Of a stretch of 6,327 nucleotides of DNA, positions 5,717-6,327 are shown piece after piece. The stretch is from contig NW_021829384.1 of assembly GCF_006345805.1 (NCBI RefSeq), positions 1 to 6,327 of the forward strand, written 5' to 3'. This stretch comes from Octopus sinensis. Its lineage: Eukaryota. A program made the position numbers and the translations under genes. The notes beneath the pieces were generated by a model, which did no database searches, was not told where the DNA came from, and saw only the letters and a program-made list of their open reading frames with translations. Within the stretch, counting starts at the first letter, position 1. Each line of letters begins with the position of its first letter.

Positions 5717-5756
<40 letters not shown>
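5717..5756. repeat. (TG)n microsatellite
   Basis: Nearly pure TG run. Confidence 0.95.
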
Positions 5757-5759
<3 letters not shown>

Positions 5760-5943
5760 CTATGTGTGTGTAAACCTGTGACCCATCACACAGATACAAA
5801 TTCAATATCTAAATCAGTGGAATTGTAAAAACCAATTCCAGACAAAAATATTTTATGAGGTTATATTCAGAGATTGCTTTTAGAATATTCATAGACAGAT
5901 GCATTTGTGCAGACGTAAACACCTACTTATTTAATTATTGATA

Positions 5944-6060
5944 TGCATACAAACATACGTACATACATGCATGCATGCATACATACATCCATCCATACAT
6001 ACATGCATACATACATGCATACATGCATTCATGCATACATCCATACATACATCCATACAC
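5944..6060. repeat. Degenerate (CATA/CATG/CATC)n tetranucleotide repeat
   Basis: 4-bp periodicity with variant units. Confidence 0.9.
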
Positions 6061-6078
6061 ATATAAATATACTTAGGT

Positions 6079-6084
<6 letters not shown>

Positions 6085-6120
<36 letters not shown>

Positions 6121-6173
6121 TATATATATACATAATATATATATATACATACATATATATATATATATATATA
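6085..6173. repeat. Interrupted (TA)n microsatellite
   Basis: TA run with short interruptions. Confidence 0.93.
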
Positions 6174-6327
6174 GGCGTAGGAATGCTCACCAAACCCATG
6201 GTTCCGGGTTCAGTCCCACTGCGTGGCACTTGGGCAGGTGTCCTTCTACTATAGCCTCGGGCCGACCAAAGCCTTGTGAGTGGATTTGGTAGACGGAACT
6301 GAAAGAAGCTCATCGTATATATGTATG
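6174..6327 (+). mobile_element. 5' part of a family-A SINE with a deleted A-box, running off the window end
   Basis: 6199-6327 is highly similar to 1956-2080, with B-box-like GGTTCAGTCC at 6207-6216. About 20 bp covering the A-box are missing relative to the 1918 copy. Confidence 0.9.

Noticed and set aside
5818-5840. Perfect 8-bp stem TGGAATTG-TAAAAAC-CAATTCCA
   Set aside because: It is short, AT-rich and isolated, so plausible by chance in 6 kb. There is no U-tract or gene context to call it a terminator.

Overview
Non-coding, AT-rich eukaryotic DNA made almost entirely of microsatellites and transposon remnants. From memory, not from a database search, the SINE sequences match families abundant in octopus (Octopus sp.) genomes, so the window is probably octopod intronic or intergenic DNA. 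No host gene, rRNA, true tRNA or CRISPR array can be supported. The supplied ORFs are microsatellite or SINE translation artefacts; the + ORF at 4408-4620 is the antisense reading of a transposon remnant. Supported content: (1) a near-perfect ~220-bp palindrome at 400-619; (2) an ~890-bp interrupted (GT)n tract; (3) seven full or partial tRNA-derived SINE copies, including two SINE-in-SINE insertions with 6-bp target-site duplications and a head-to-head pair joined by a perfect 21-bp tandem repeat; (4) an old foldback element (3024-4041) whose right arm was split by a complete 397-bp non-autonomous Helitron and by a LINE-like 3' end; (5) a frameshifted remnant of a Penelope-like element C-terminus that the ORF track misses (minus strand, 4354-4556), followed by a partial, probably decayed hammerhead-like motif. 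I found no convincing new biological system. The interest lies in the reconstructable insertion history and in the potential for dsRNA and cruciform structures.
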